Of a DNA stretch of 64,000 nt, positions 1-11,263 are shown one piece after another; the stretch's first letter is position 1, and each line of letters begins with the position of its first letter. This stretch comes from Octopus sinensis (taxonomy: Eukaryota). The DNA is taken from assembly GCF_006345805.1 (NCBI RefSeq), contig NW_021825821.1, positions 248,001 to 312,000 on the forward strand, given 5' to 3'. The notes under the pieces are model-generated. The model was not told the origin of the DNA, made no database searches, and saw only the letters and a program-made list of their open reading frames with translations. The position numbers and the translations under genes are program-made.

Positions 1-980
1 AAAGCGTTTGACTCCGTCCCAAGGATCCTAATTCAAAAGATATTTGGTACAAATATTTCTACACCTATGAAGCTATGGATAGCGAATTTTTTGAGCGGAC
101 GTCGTGGGAAAGTGTGCGTCGGGAACGAGAGTTCAAGATCACGCTTATTGCCCAATGGTGTACCCCAGGGTTCTCCTTTATCCCCGACCCTCTTCAACTT
201 GTTTCTGAATGATCTCCCGGTTCCTATGGATAATAATGACATACTACTCTCCTATGCCGATGACATAGTTGTCGCATCAAGGGATGTAAATGCCGAATAC
301 GCGAAGGAAAGACTACAAAGAATACTGGACGACTTATATGGATGGCTATATGAAAACAGACTACATGCATGTTCCGAAAAGTCAGCAGTCACCCTATTCA
401 CGAAAAACAGGAAGATGGGGACGAAAACTATTGAAGTCACGCTGAATGGAGTCCCAATAACACAAAAGAAAACACAGAATATTGGGTGTAACGTTTGATA
501 CTTTCCTTTGTTTTTCACCTCATGTTGAATCGATCGTGTCAACTTGTATTAAGAAAATCAATTTTGTGAAAGCCTTTCTTTGGAACTGTGGGAGAACTTG
601 TCCGCCAGGGGTAGAGACCCTTTACAAGCAGTATATCGAGCCAACAATAGGCTATGCATGTGCTGCTTGGGGCTGTAACCTGGCGGCAACGAACCAAGTA
701 AAAATCGAGAAAATCCAAGAAAAATCCATAAACCTACTGAAGGACCATACCGACAGGAAAATTGTCCATCGAACACTGGAGTCTCTTGTAGAGGCAAGTG
801 GGAGGGATCGTGGAGATGGACCACAAGCATTTCACCGTACATACAGAAAGTGTGTGGGGTCACGGTCTGAACATCGTGAAAAGATGGCTCGACTGTTGAG
901 AAATGTCGGAATCACCTGAACACGTTAGTTAATGGTTAAGACGGTGATTCTGTTTTTTGGCTTAAATAATAATAATAATT
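1..980 (+). mobile_element. 3' part of an APE-type non-LTR retrotransposon (RT C-terminal half, frameshifted)
   Basis: KAFDSV, GVPQGSPLSPTLFN and SYADDI motifs; frameshift near 482; (AAT)n tail at 964-979. Confidence 0.85.
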
Positions 981-1690
981 GTCACGTTAAACTCAATTGA
1001 AATTCTTTTTTTGCCTCCTAGAACTTCCTCGCTCTTGCAACCAATGGATCAAGGAATTATAAAATGCTTTAAAGCCGAATTTACCAATTTGAAAATAAAT
1101 GATATAATCGAAAAGGTTGAGGCAGGGGAAAATTGTCAGAATGCAATTAATGCAATCACCCTTAAAACTGCTGCGACATTAACATTCTTTGCTTGGAATA
1201 AAGTTACTCCTATGACCATCAAAAATTGTATCCGTCATGCACAATGGATAAAATGTGAAACAATCACAATCAACAGTGAATCTAAGAACTACGAAAATAT
1301 AATTAAGAAATTTCAAATTGACGATCCAATATCTTATAGTGAATTTGTTGATTACGAATATACTGAAAATGAAGAGTTAATGGAATTTTTAGAAAAATCT
1401 GAAGCTGATACATTACTGTCAAAAAAAGTTCAATCAGTTAGTGATTTTATTTAATAATTATACTTAGGAAACAATTATTGAAGAGGAATCAAAGGAGAAA
1501 AGAGTTAATCTTTCAGAAGCTTTCAGAGCTCTAAAGATTATTAAAACTTATGCTTCTCAGGTAAATGAAGATATAGATGATCATGAAAATATTATGCGAA
1601 TTGGGGAAATGTTAAGAAAATTAATTAAAAAAATAAAATTTCTGATTTTTTTAATATAAATAATTTTATGTATTCAGTCATTTGAATATA
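981..1690 (+). mobile_element. pogo/Tigger DDE_1 transposase fragment with a 31-nt intron (1437-1467)
   Basis: PPRTSSLLQPMDQGIIKCFK and AWNKVTPMTIKNC motifs; splicing GT..AG 1437-1467 continues the ORF as ETIIEEESKEKRVNLSEAFRAL. Confidence 0.8.
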
Positions 1691-4500
1691 CATTGTTCTT
1701 GTGGTGTACGGATGGTTGGTTTTTCGCAGTCTGAAAAAGTCATTTCCATGGACGGATCCACAGAAATTTTAACAAATGGAACTCAAGAAAGTGTGGACCT
1801 GACAGTTCATGGTCATCCTGATGCCTCGGGCAATTGCAATTACGGACCCCCACAGACCCCTTCAACTTTGATTCCCATGAAAGCTATTTGTAAGTCAATC
1901 GAATCTTCCAGCCTCGGCAGATCAAATTCGAAGGCTATAGATCCCTCCACATTCCATGGAGGTCGGGGGCGATTGCGGGAACGGGATCCTCGCTTTACTA
2001 CAAAGCCGACATTGTTGTAAAGAACTTGAGGATCCTTGAAGAGAACCGATGCGAACTGATCGCACTAGAACTCCTAACTTCCATTGGATGGATAACAATC
2101 GGTGGAATGTACTCGAAGGACCTCAGAAACTACCCTGAAGTGATCAGGAAGTTCTTTGAGGATAATGAGATGGCCATTCTTGCGGGAGATCTCAACGCCA
2201 AAAATACCGCTTATGGATGCGAGACCTCTAACCAAGATGGTCGGGCTTTACTGAGGATCGCGAGGAAATATGACCTTAATGTCCGGACTTCTGAGGAACT
2301 TAATCATTTCTGCTTCAGTGGAGGTGATCGCCTCGGACTATTTCTTTCTTCCGCGTCTGTGAGCCCTTTTTGCGACAGGCCCCGGATAGAACTGCGGACT
2401 GGGAGTGACCATCTGCCCCAATCAATGTTGTTGCGGACATCTACGGAGTTGGTATCAGATCTCTTCACGGGATACGACTTGTCCCATGTGCAATGGCCCA
2501 TGTTCGCCATATTCATGGGTGCAGCTTTGGAACCTCTCTCCCACATGCATCTGTCCACGAGTGAAAGTATTGATTATCTCGATATGGCCATACGAAAGCA
2601 TGTGGTGGCCTTTCTGGACAGATTCGCTTCTAAAAAACATATGAAATCCCAGGGATCTTGCGCGAAGAGGTCCGATACTAGACTATCTGAGCTAGTCAGA
2701 GACAAGGCGCGACTGGAAAGCAAAAGAAGGAGGTGCTTCGAATCTGAGGACTCTGGAAGTCTAAAGGCCCGAATCAACACCCTGAAGAGTCGGATCGACG
2801 AGCTGACTAAAGCTAACACAGATGAGGCATGGAAGAGAGAATGCTTAAAACTCAACAAGAAAAATCCTAAATTCTGGAAACTATACAAAATAATGAACGG
2901 GACGGAGGCGAAAGGTGAAGAAATCATTCTTAAATCGGTGGATGGAGGCTTTATTCCTACTGAGGAAGTCCCGGAGGTCTTCCGCCAGCAGCTAGCAGGG
3001 GTTCAGGAGGTGGACCCTTCGTCTATCCTGCCTCTGAAAATATTCGAGGAGTCGACCCGAAATTTGTTTTGGATGGACCCTTGTGCAGGGAAATAACCAC
3101 GGAAGAGACGTTCGAAGCAATCAGAGGTTGCAAGAACAACGCTCCTGGATTTGACTTCATCCCTATGGAGGTGTTCAAGAAGGCACCCGGATGCTTGCTT
3201 CGTATTCTGGTAAAACTATTCAATGCCAGTTGGGACAATGGTCACGTCCCATCTAGCTGGAAACGAACAATCGTCCGAATGATCCCAAAACCTGGAAAAC
3301 CAAATACGCAGGCAGGAAGTTATAGGCCAATTAGCCTTATCTGCACAACGTCGAGGATAATGGAAAGAATTATTTTCAATCGTTTATCGGCTTACGTGGA
3401 ACAAAATAATATACTCGCGGAGGAACAGTGGGGTTTTAGACCTGGTCGTTCAACCGGTCACTGTTTCTCGCTTCTTGAGGAAGAACTGTCTCGGGCCAAA
3501 CTCCATAAAGCCTGCCTAACGGCGGTCTGCCTGGACGTCTGCAAGGCCTTTGACAGTGTCTGGCACTTGGGGTTGATAGATAAAGTAGCGGAGTTGGGTG
3601 CTGGGCGAAAAACTGTCAGATGGCTAAAGGACTTCTTGTGCGAGAGAAAATCGTTCATTCGTTGTGGAAATTTGTTATCGAAGGCCGTGAATCTGAGGAG
3701 AGGTGTTCCTCAGGGATCGGTTCTCAGCCCCTTGCTCTTCAATATATTTCTGGCCGACGTCCCGAAACCACATTTTCCTACGAGCAGACTAATTATCTAC
3801 GCGGACGATATCTTGGTTACGGATGTCTCGATGTGGGGACCCCGACACAGAAGAAGGTTGTCCTGGAGCAGACTAGAACCGTACTTGGAGGAACTTGAAA
3901 TCTGGTGCAATGGTAAAGACTTGAATCTCGCTCGGGACAAAAGTACCATTTGTTGGATTTCAATGGGTCGTGACAAAAAACCGACTTTCGAGGATTATGG
4001 GAACCTGATTATATCGAAGAACCTACGTTACCTGGGAGTAACTATAGACCCCACCGGGTCATACAAACCCCATGTGCATGCAAAGCGGAAACAAGGAGCG
4101 AAAATCCTAAAAGGACTGAGGCGTTTTTGTCTAAGCGCAGAAACGTTTCTACACATCTACCAGACTTATGTTCAGCCACTAATAATCTATGGTTCGGAGG
4201 GCTGGTACCAAACTGATGAAAGGGACCTTCTAATCGCCAAACTCGAAAAAACCAGACGATTTGCCATCAAACTGGCATTCGGCCTGGAGCTCAGCAGTCC
4301 GCTGGAGGACCTGCATGAGCGGAGTGTTGACACGATAGACGCGATCCTGGCAAAAACTCGAATTCGCTGAGGGAGATAAGACAGTCTCCTGGGGCAAAAC
4401 CGAAGTTGAGACCTTCGTGGCTCTCGTTATCAAGCCCCCTAAGCTCTAATTCCTCGGCCACTTTTCTTTTGGACCTATTGTATTAAATAAACCATATTCA
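1691..4500 (+). mobile_element. APE-endonuclease + RT LINE, frameshifted near 3069
   Basis: AGDLNAK and GSDH endonuclease motifs; YRPISL, KAFDSVWH, GVPQGSVLSP, YADD and YLG RT motifs. Confidence 0.9.
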
Positions 4501-4533
4501 TTATTCATTCAATCTTCCAACCCTGGAGAATGG

Positions 4534-7500
4534 ATGTCATCTCTATTGATTTGTGTCAAAGACCGTCTTAAACGAGTCCCCAGAGGAGGTTGGCCCCTCA
4601 TTGCTACACATTTTAATTCTAAATTCGGAAAAAAGAAATCAATATATGAATTAAAAAAACTCGCTTCTGTCTTCGGGAATAGAAGCGAAATTTCCAAAAA
4701 TGAAAATAGAACGAATAATAATTCCCCTGATTTGGCACTTTACAACAAGGTGCATGAGGAATTATTAATTCAAATTGATGCAAATAATTCTAAAACAATC
4801 GATGCGAGGCAACAGACAAGGAAGATACCGTCTCAATATGTAAATCACGAGTTAATCGAAATAATAAATAAATCATTGATCGAATATACAACAAACAACC
4901 TACCTACAAGTATTGAAGATATTTCAACTCTGATATATTCCGCGCAATGTGTGTATCAACAAATTACAATGAGAGATCCAATTAAAACGAATTGGAAGCA
5001 GAGAATACAAAATAAAATTGAGTCTTTGACTGAAAAAAATATATTAATATCAAAATACTTTATGTCTACTATCAAAGACGAAGAAAAGAAGAAAGTCAAT
5101 GACATTTTATGTTCTTACAATTACAAAAAATCCAAAAGGGGAGAATTTGAAAGAATCTCGACAACAATCACAGACCAGATTCGAATTCTAAACAAAAAGG
5201 TGTCTATTGCAGATTCAAGGCGACAATACGGAATTGATAATCGGAAGTTTGAGTTGAATCGAAGGTCGTTCTACAGAAACCTCCATTCTAACTCTGATAA
5301 TGCTCTGATCGATTGTTTCGACACATCTGATTGTCTTAAATTTTGGATGGACGTCTGGAAGAAAAAGGACAAAAATGAGTTAAGTTTTGGAGTGAATAAG
5401 AGAGTTACTGGTGCTGAGCACCATGACTCCGACATCAATGACGAGTTCATTTTAAACTTAATTGAATCTCTTCCTAACTGGAGAGCTCCGGGATGTGATT
5501 GTGTATACAATTTTTTCATCAAAAAATTGGATTCTCTTCACAAATTCCTATTTCAAGAAATCAGAAATATTATTAACGGAACTAGTCACCCGCAAAGTTG
5601 GTTTTATACTGGATTCACTTACCTGATCCCAAAGAAAGCAACCTCTATTGACCCCAAGGACCTCAGGTTACAAAGTGTGTGTATGCCATGTTTGTACAAA
5701 CTGGTTACAAAGTGTGTGAATGAAAAAATTGCAATATATGCCGACACTTACAACTTGATAACTGAGTACCAGCTTGGAACTAAACGACATTGTCAAGGAG
5801 CAAAAGAACTTGCACTTTTAAACAGATGCGTCAACAAATCGCACGATAATAAATTATTTTGTGCATGGATCGACGTCAAGAAAGCATTTGACTCAGTTAG
5901 TCATGACTTTCTTGTTGAAATCCTCGAAAACTCTGGACTGCCTAATTGGATAACTAGTTTTATTATGTCAATTATTCCAAACTGGAAAGTCTCTTTGAGA
6001 TTGGGAAAAAAACAGCTGGGAACTGTTAATATAGAACGTGGTATACTCCAAGGCGACTCTCTGTCGCCCCAATTATTTGTACTTGTTTTGGATCCGTTAA
6101 GTAGACTTTTATCTTCAAAATATCCAAATATATCGATAAATTCTGGTGACATTAATTCCCTAACCTTTTCTACAAATCACTTCCTATTCATTGACGACTT
6201 GAAGCTATTGTCCAAAGAAGAGGAGACATTGGCGTGGATGATGGAAGATGTGAACTATTACTTTGAATCATCTGGACTGGAGAGGAATTTCGATAAATCA
6301 GCAACAAATAGTTACCTATTAAGAAATGATGGTAAATTGATGGATGGTCTGGACAGCTACAGATATTTGGGAGTTTTAGAAAACAGATGTAGTAAAGTAC
6401 TCAAAGAAGACGTACTCAAAAATATTAAAGAAGAAATGCAAAACCGTATTGAAAAGTTATCGGAAACTAAATTGAACTCAGTCAATTTATTTAAAGCAAT
6501 CAATGAACATGCTCTATCACTGTGCAATTACTATATTGGACTCATTGACTTAGAACCCTGTGAATTTGAAGAAATTGATAAATTAGTCAGAAAAATACTT
6601 ATGAATTTGAATGTGCATATGAAACCAGCTTGCAAAGAAAGACTTTACTTACCGAGGAATATGTTTGGAAGGGGATTGATATCTATCACTTTCAAAGCTG
6701 AAAAAATGTTGCTTGATTTCAAAACAAGTCTGGAAAGGCGAAAATTTACTTCTCTGAGGAGTGCAGGAATTCTGTGGGCTGAACAACAAAGAAAGTCACA
6801 TATGGCCACAATCACAGAATTCTTGCAAATAAAATATGAATCAACCCAGCACATTGAACAGACACTAAAGAGTCTGCAGATTGAGTGTCTCTTATCAGCT
6901 ATTAAAAAGAAAACTCTCCATTCAAAATTATTTGAATCACTTGATAATGAGACTTTCGATATACAGACATCCTCAAAATGGATTGTAAAAGGAAATATTT
7001 CCCCTAAATCTGAAGCCATGTTCTTCCTTCTGCAGGACAGGAATATTTTCTTCCGCGAGCTTGGTTCGAAATGCCCACATTGCAAATCTTCTAATAAGAC
7101 AGTCGACCATTTGGCAACTCGATGCAATAGAATGCTTAATTCCGATTATACAAGGCGACACAACGAAATTGTTAAATGCATACACATGCACCTATGCAGA
7201 AAATTTGGATTCAAAAAATCAAAAGGGTTGAAGACTCACTCTATCCAAAGCGTAATTACCAATGATCGTGCTGAATTACGAGTTGACACTACTATCCCTA
7301 CCGAGTCAAAAATTCAATATAACAAGCCGGACATTTTCCTATACGACAAAAAATTAAACCACATATGGCTAATAGAGATTGGAGTGACGTGTGTGGATAA
7401 TTTAAAAGCAGTTGAAGTTGAAAAACTTCATAAATATGATATCCTGGCAAGTGAATTAGAAATCATTTACAAAGCCAAAGTCAAAATACTTCCGATTGTC

Positions 7501-7842
7501 ATTACCTGGGATGCGATCACCTCCAAGTATTTTAAAATATACATGGATTTGATTAGCATTAAAGACAGTGTTCTGGCATACATCCAAACGATTGCATTAA
7601 AGAAGACGTTGGAAGGAATGTTCGTAGAATATAAACATGGTTTCGAAGACGTAATGACTAAAGCATTGATTCTCAACAAAGATTATGCAGTGTGGAACAC
7701 TCACCAAAGGGGAGCTAACTCGATGAAGAGGAGACATGATGAGGTGACAGAAAACGAATACTCTGAGGAAGGACAAATTAATAGCAAGAGGATCACGAAA
7801 GATGATGGTGCTGTTCAGGGAGGCTTAAGACCAGTAAATTGA
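4534..7842 (+). CDS. R4/Dong-like RLE non-LTR retrotransposon polyprotein (Myb-like N-terminus, RT, CCHC, PD-(D/E)xK endonuclease), 1102 aa
   Basis: APGCD, KAFDSV, GILQGDSLSP, FIDD, CPHC..H...C, RRHNE and KPDI..IEIG motifs in one uninterrupted ORF. Confidence 0.9.
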   Translation: MSSLLICVKDRLKRVPRGGWPLIATHFNSKFGKKKSIYELKKLASVFGNRSEISKNENRTNNNSPDLALYNKVHEELLIQIDANNSKTIDARQQTRKIPSQYVNHELIEIINKSLIEYTTNNLPTSIEDISTLIYSAQCVYQQITMRDPIKTNWKQRIQNKIESLTEKNILISKYFMSTIKDEEKKKVNDILCSYNYKKSKRGEFERISTTITDQIRILNKKVSIADSRRQYGIDNRKFELNRRSFYRNLHSNSDNALIDCFDTSDCLKFWMDVWKKKDKNELSFGVNKRVTGAEHHDSDINDEFILNLIESLPNWRAPGCDCVYNFFIKKLDSLHKFLFQEIRNIINGTSHPQSWFYTGFTYLIPKKATSIDPKDLRLQSVCMPCLYKLVTKCVNEKIAIYADTYNLITEYQLGTKRHCQGAKELALLNRCVNKSHDNKLFCAWIDVKKAFDSVSHDFLVEILENSGLPNWITSFIMSIIPNWKVSLRLGKKQLGTVNIERGILQGDSLSPQLFVLVLDPLSRLLSSKYPNISINSGDINSLTFSTNHFLFIDDLKLLSKEEETLAWMMEDVNYYFESSGLERNFDKSATNSYLLRNDGKLMDGLDSYRYLGVLENRCSKVLKEDVLKNIKEEMQNRIEKLSETKLNSVNLFKAINEHALSLCNYYIGLIDLEPCEFEEIDKLVRKILMNLNVHMKPACKERLYLPRNMFGRGLISITFKAEKMLLDFKTSLERRKFTSLRSAGILWAEQQRKSHMATITEFLQIKYESTQHIEQTLKSLQIECLLSAIKKKTLHSKLFESLDNETFDIQTSSKWIVKGNISPKSEAMFFLLQDRNIFFRELGSKCPHCKSSNKTVDHLATRCNRMLNSDYTRRHNEIVKCIHMHLCRKFGFKKSKGLKTHSIQSVITNDRAELRVDTTIPTESKIQYNKPDIFLYDKKLNHIWLIEIGVTCVDNLKAVEVEKLHKYDILASELEIIYKAKVKILPIVITWDAITSKYFKIYMDLISIKDSVLAYIQTIALKKTLEGMFVEYKHGFEDVMTKALILNKDYAVWNTHQRGANSMKRRHDEVTENEYSEEGQINSKRITKDDGAVQGGLRPVN

Positions 7843-7909
7843 AAAATTTAATTAATCTAACTTTTAATTTATCATTAATCTCAATAGGTAATTCAGTCAT
7901 TTGTATATA

Positions 7910-8027
7910 AAATGAAATACTTAATCTATATTGTAAGTTTATGTTTTAACTATAAAATATTGTTTAAATTGCCTCTCGAATCCGCTGATTTTTTGGTCGG
8001 TCCAAAAATCGGCGAGAGGTTTTACTG
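7910..8027 (+). mobile_element. Right end of the pogo/Tigger element (TIR followed by TA)
   Basis: GAGGTTTTACTG|TA at 8016-8029 is the reverse complement of a Tigger-type CAGTAAAACCTC end; joined to 981-1690 by a 19-bp direct repeat (1672-1690, 7891-7909). Confidence 0.65.
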
Positions 8028-8171
8028 TATGTTTTATTAATAAATTGTTCTTGGAAAACTGTTGACTATTTGGTGAAATTTTTCAATTTAATAAAATTAT
8101 CAAATTAAACGATAATAAGGCACTAGTTAAGTTTTGACAGTTTTTAAATAATAACGACCAACACTCTAAAA

Positions 8172-8919
8172 CTGGGGTTCTTAGCCTTTTTAAGACTGAG
8201 GACCACTTTATATAAAATAGACATTTTTTTGCTATTAGCGCACAATTGCTGGCCTCGTCAGGGGGAGGTTTAGATATTTTCGACTATTATGAAAATAAAG
8301 GACAAGTCAAATGTAATTCAACGAAATTTCTGATATTGTTTCTTTGGAATATTTTTACTCATGTTGAGGAGCTCTATCTTCAAAAAAGTTAATATCATCT
8401 TGTAACCGTAATCTGTTTCTATATCTTGTTTTTAGAAAAGTAAGACACGACATCGATATTTCACTGTAATAAGTAGTGGAAAATGCAAGTATTGATTCCA
8501 AAGCAGTTTTACTCATAATTCAATACTTACAAATAAAATAATTACTTATGAGAATACCAAAAATCTAATAATGAAGTACATTTGAAAATAATCCGACAGA
8601 CTGATTACTTGAATTTCAATTAAGCTCTAGTGAAAATTGAGTTCCTGATATTCTTTAAATAAAGTCAAGAAAGTTGAACGATCAAGTTTGGAATTAGGTC
8701 TTCGACAGGAAAATAATTATTTGAAATAATCACTGAGACCTATTTGTTTTAGATATAAATTAAAATTTAGCATATGATGCTTCTAATCTCGGTTTATTGG
8801 GATTTATAAAACCATTCAAGCTTTGGAGGTGAATCAAATTTCGTTCTTTTGACTTTAAATATTCAGGTGAGCAACACTTTACTGAGTGTACGCCTGAGGA
8901 CCACGGTTAAGAACTGCTG
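8172..8919 (-). mobile_element. Deleted hAT (Buster/Charlie-like) element
   Basis: Imperfect TIRs CTGGGGTTCTTAGCC / GGTTAAGAACTGCTG; minus-strand hATC remnant AFSTTYYSEISMSCLTFLKTRYRNRL. Confidence 0.7.
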
Positions 8920-9204
8920 CTTCAGTCCAAAGTCCCTTGTTGTTCTTGATACAAAACATTTTTAAGCTCGCAATGATGAGTGAAAATAAATTTTTATTTT
9001 TTGTTTATTTAGATTACGGCACAATGACAAGAAAAAAGTAATGCCTTCAGAAACTATCTAAAATTCCAATCTATTTAGGTCTTGTCATTTACGACATATC
9101 TAGTAAATGCATATAATAATCTCATCTATAAACCATGATAAATTAATTATTGTAACACAAATTATAGTCATTTTTGAACAAAAAGGAAAATGAATGTTAC
9201 AACA

Positions 9205-11058
9205 TCACCACGAAAAGGCAGCCTTTTCACGTATACTCATAGACCCACGTGTGTTCCAAAGTGTCCTCGAAATCCATAATTCGTTTATAGATTTCACATG
9301 ACCCACAGAAGCTGCACCTTTCCAAAATATTAAGTCCATTTCCGATTCCAAAAATGTCTTAAAAGCAAGAAACCTTTAGATTACAAAACACGCCAATTTC
9401 TTCATTATTCATCATATTTTGTGGCAAATTCTCCCGAATAAAAAACTTTAATAACTTGTCAACTCCTCTGAAATTGAGGCCTCCTCCAACCACTAGAATG
9501 GACCTCAACATTCTAGTCTTTTGATCCTCCAATGCTGAAATAAAAATACAAATCCCCACCACACTGAGTCACACTGTGTACGACAGCCTTTGCTACAGAA
9601 GGAAGGTCTTGGGGAGTCTCTCCGGGCATCGTGTTCTCGGCAGATCCGCCAAATTTCAGTTCCTCCGAACCCTCTGACTGACACCCCCCGGGATTACTCC
9701 CATCAGAGGAATCCCCCAATGTCTCGATTTTTGGCTAATTCGACATGCTTCGAGCAATACTTTATTTTGGACTACTTTCCGGTGTTTTGGGTCACGATGT
9801 AAATAATCGTCATGACAAGTTTCAGTATCCAATGTCAAAACTGGGGATTTAGGCACAACTGCCATCATTTCCGAAGAAAAGAGTGCCAACGAACAAGACA
9901 GGAGTTGCAGGTTTCCAATATTTGTGAAATATTCTACCCTTTCTTCCCCCTCCACAGTGAAATGTAGACATTTCTCAGCCATTCCACGTGTCTAACAGAC
10001 TGACTTAGATTCACAACCTTGGAATGAGTCATACTGCAATATCTCATCTTCAACTGCTCCACAAGTAAATCAGACTCCACAGCAAGGCCAGAATCAGTCA
10101 AAACATGTCTAAAAATTTCGCTGATTGTTTTCCCGCCATATCCAAATGTAACTCTGTTCATTTTTTAAAGAATCAACAACTTGCCTGGTTTGTGGATATA
10201 TAAAACCCTCTTCGACACAACACACGCTCGTCTTGGTGTGTCCCACGTCGACCACACAAACACTGCTCAGGCCAGTCCCCAAAGCAACCAAAACCGATTC
10301 CTCAAATGACCCAAACAACTGACCTGCTGTAAAAAAACCGCGTTGAATTTCAGTTCGTTGAGAAGAGCGTCGACCAACAAATTGACATGCGAACGGACAA
10401 ATAAATCCGGGATTGACAAAATCACGTTGTAAGTTGAATTGTGGGTTATTCCCAGGCGGGATATGATAGTGGAGGATATTATTTGGATGAAATCGGCCAC
10501 TGCAGACGTCAAGGGTCTCCTGCTGTCGTTTAGACGGCCGAAACGGAATGGGAAATGCAACTCGTATGAGTCACGGGGATAAATGTTGAGGGCCTTCATA
10601 CTCAAATGGACCAAAAACCTCAGAACCGACATAAAAGTCGCACTGTTCTGACAAATCAGTAAATTTTTGGGTAAAAATGTCAGAACCTTTGTTCGGTGTC
10701 TATTTTTGGTAAAAACACATCAACTTGAACACGATCTTTAGATTTTAGCCTGCTAACCAATAATTCGACGTCGGCTTGTCCCTTGAGGAGGGCATCAGGG
10801 TCGATTTGGTACTGGGATAAGAATGAGGGTTACTCTGTCGAGGACAGTGTCACTATTGCTAATATAACCCACGTGCATTTTGCGGGCAATGCAATTTGGG
10901 ACTTTCAGGGGGACTTGGTCAGTACAACGTCCAATTCGGAGATTTAGAGAGCCCGGGTTGATCACAATTATGTTTTCTGGGGGTACAGTCTTAAATGTGA
11001 TGGGATTTTTATTTACTTCAGTATTTGATTGATTTTGTGAACGACGAGGTCTCGGCAT
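9205..11058 (-). CDS. ACTR8: Actin-related protein 8 (INO80 complex), about 10 micro-introns
   Basis: IVINPGSLNLRIGR, YVGSEAL, VCVVDVGHTKTSVCCVEEG and WKGAA..ELWI..REKAAFSW*; frame restored by 22-31 nt introns. Confidence 0.9.
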
Positions 11059-11263
11059 GTTAAGTACACAACAAACGTATAATTTAAATATTAATTCTTT
11101 AATATTTATGATAATAAAAATTAAAAGTCATTGTTTTAAATAAAATATGTTAGGTTTTGACTTTTAAAAGAAAAGTTTTTATTGTTGTAATTTAAATTAA
11201 ATTTGTTTACTTATATTAATAAATTTTATTTATTCTGAAATATATTAATTTTAAATCAAGTTG
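11059..11263. promoter_or_regulatory. Probable bidirectional promoter between ARP8 and VPS28
   Basis: 205-bp, very AT-rich gap between divergent start codons at 11058 and 11264. Confidence 0.5.
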
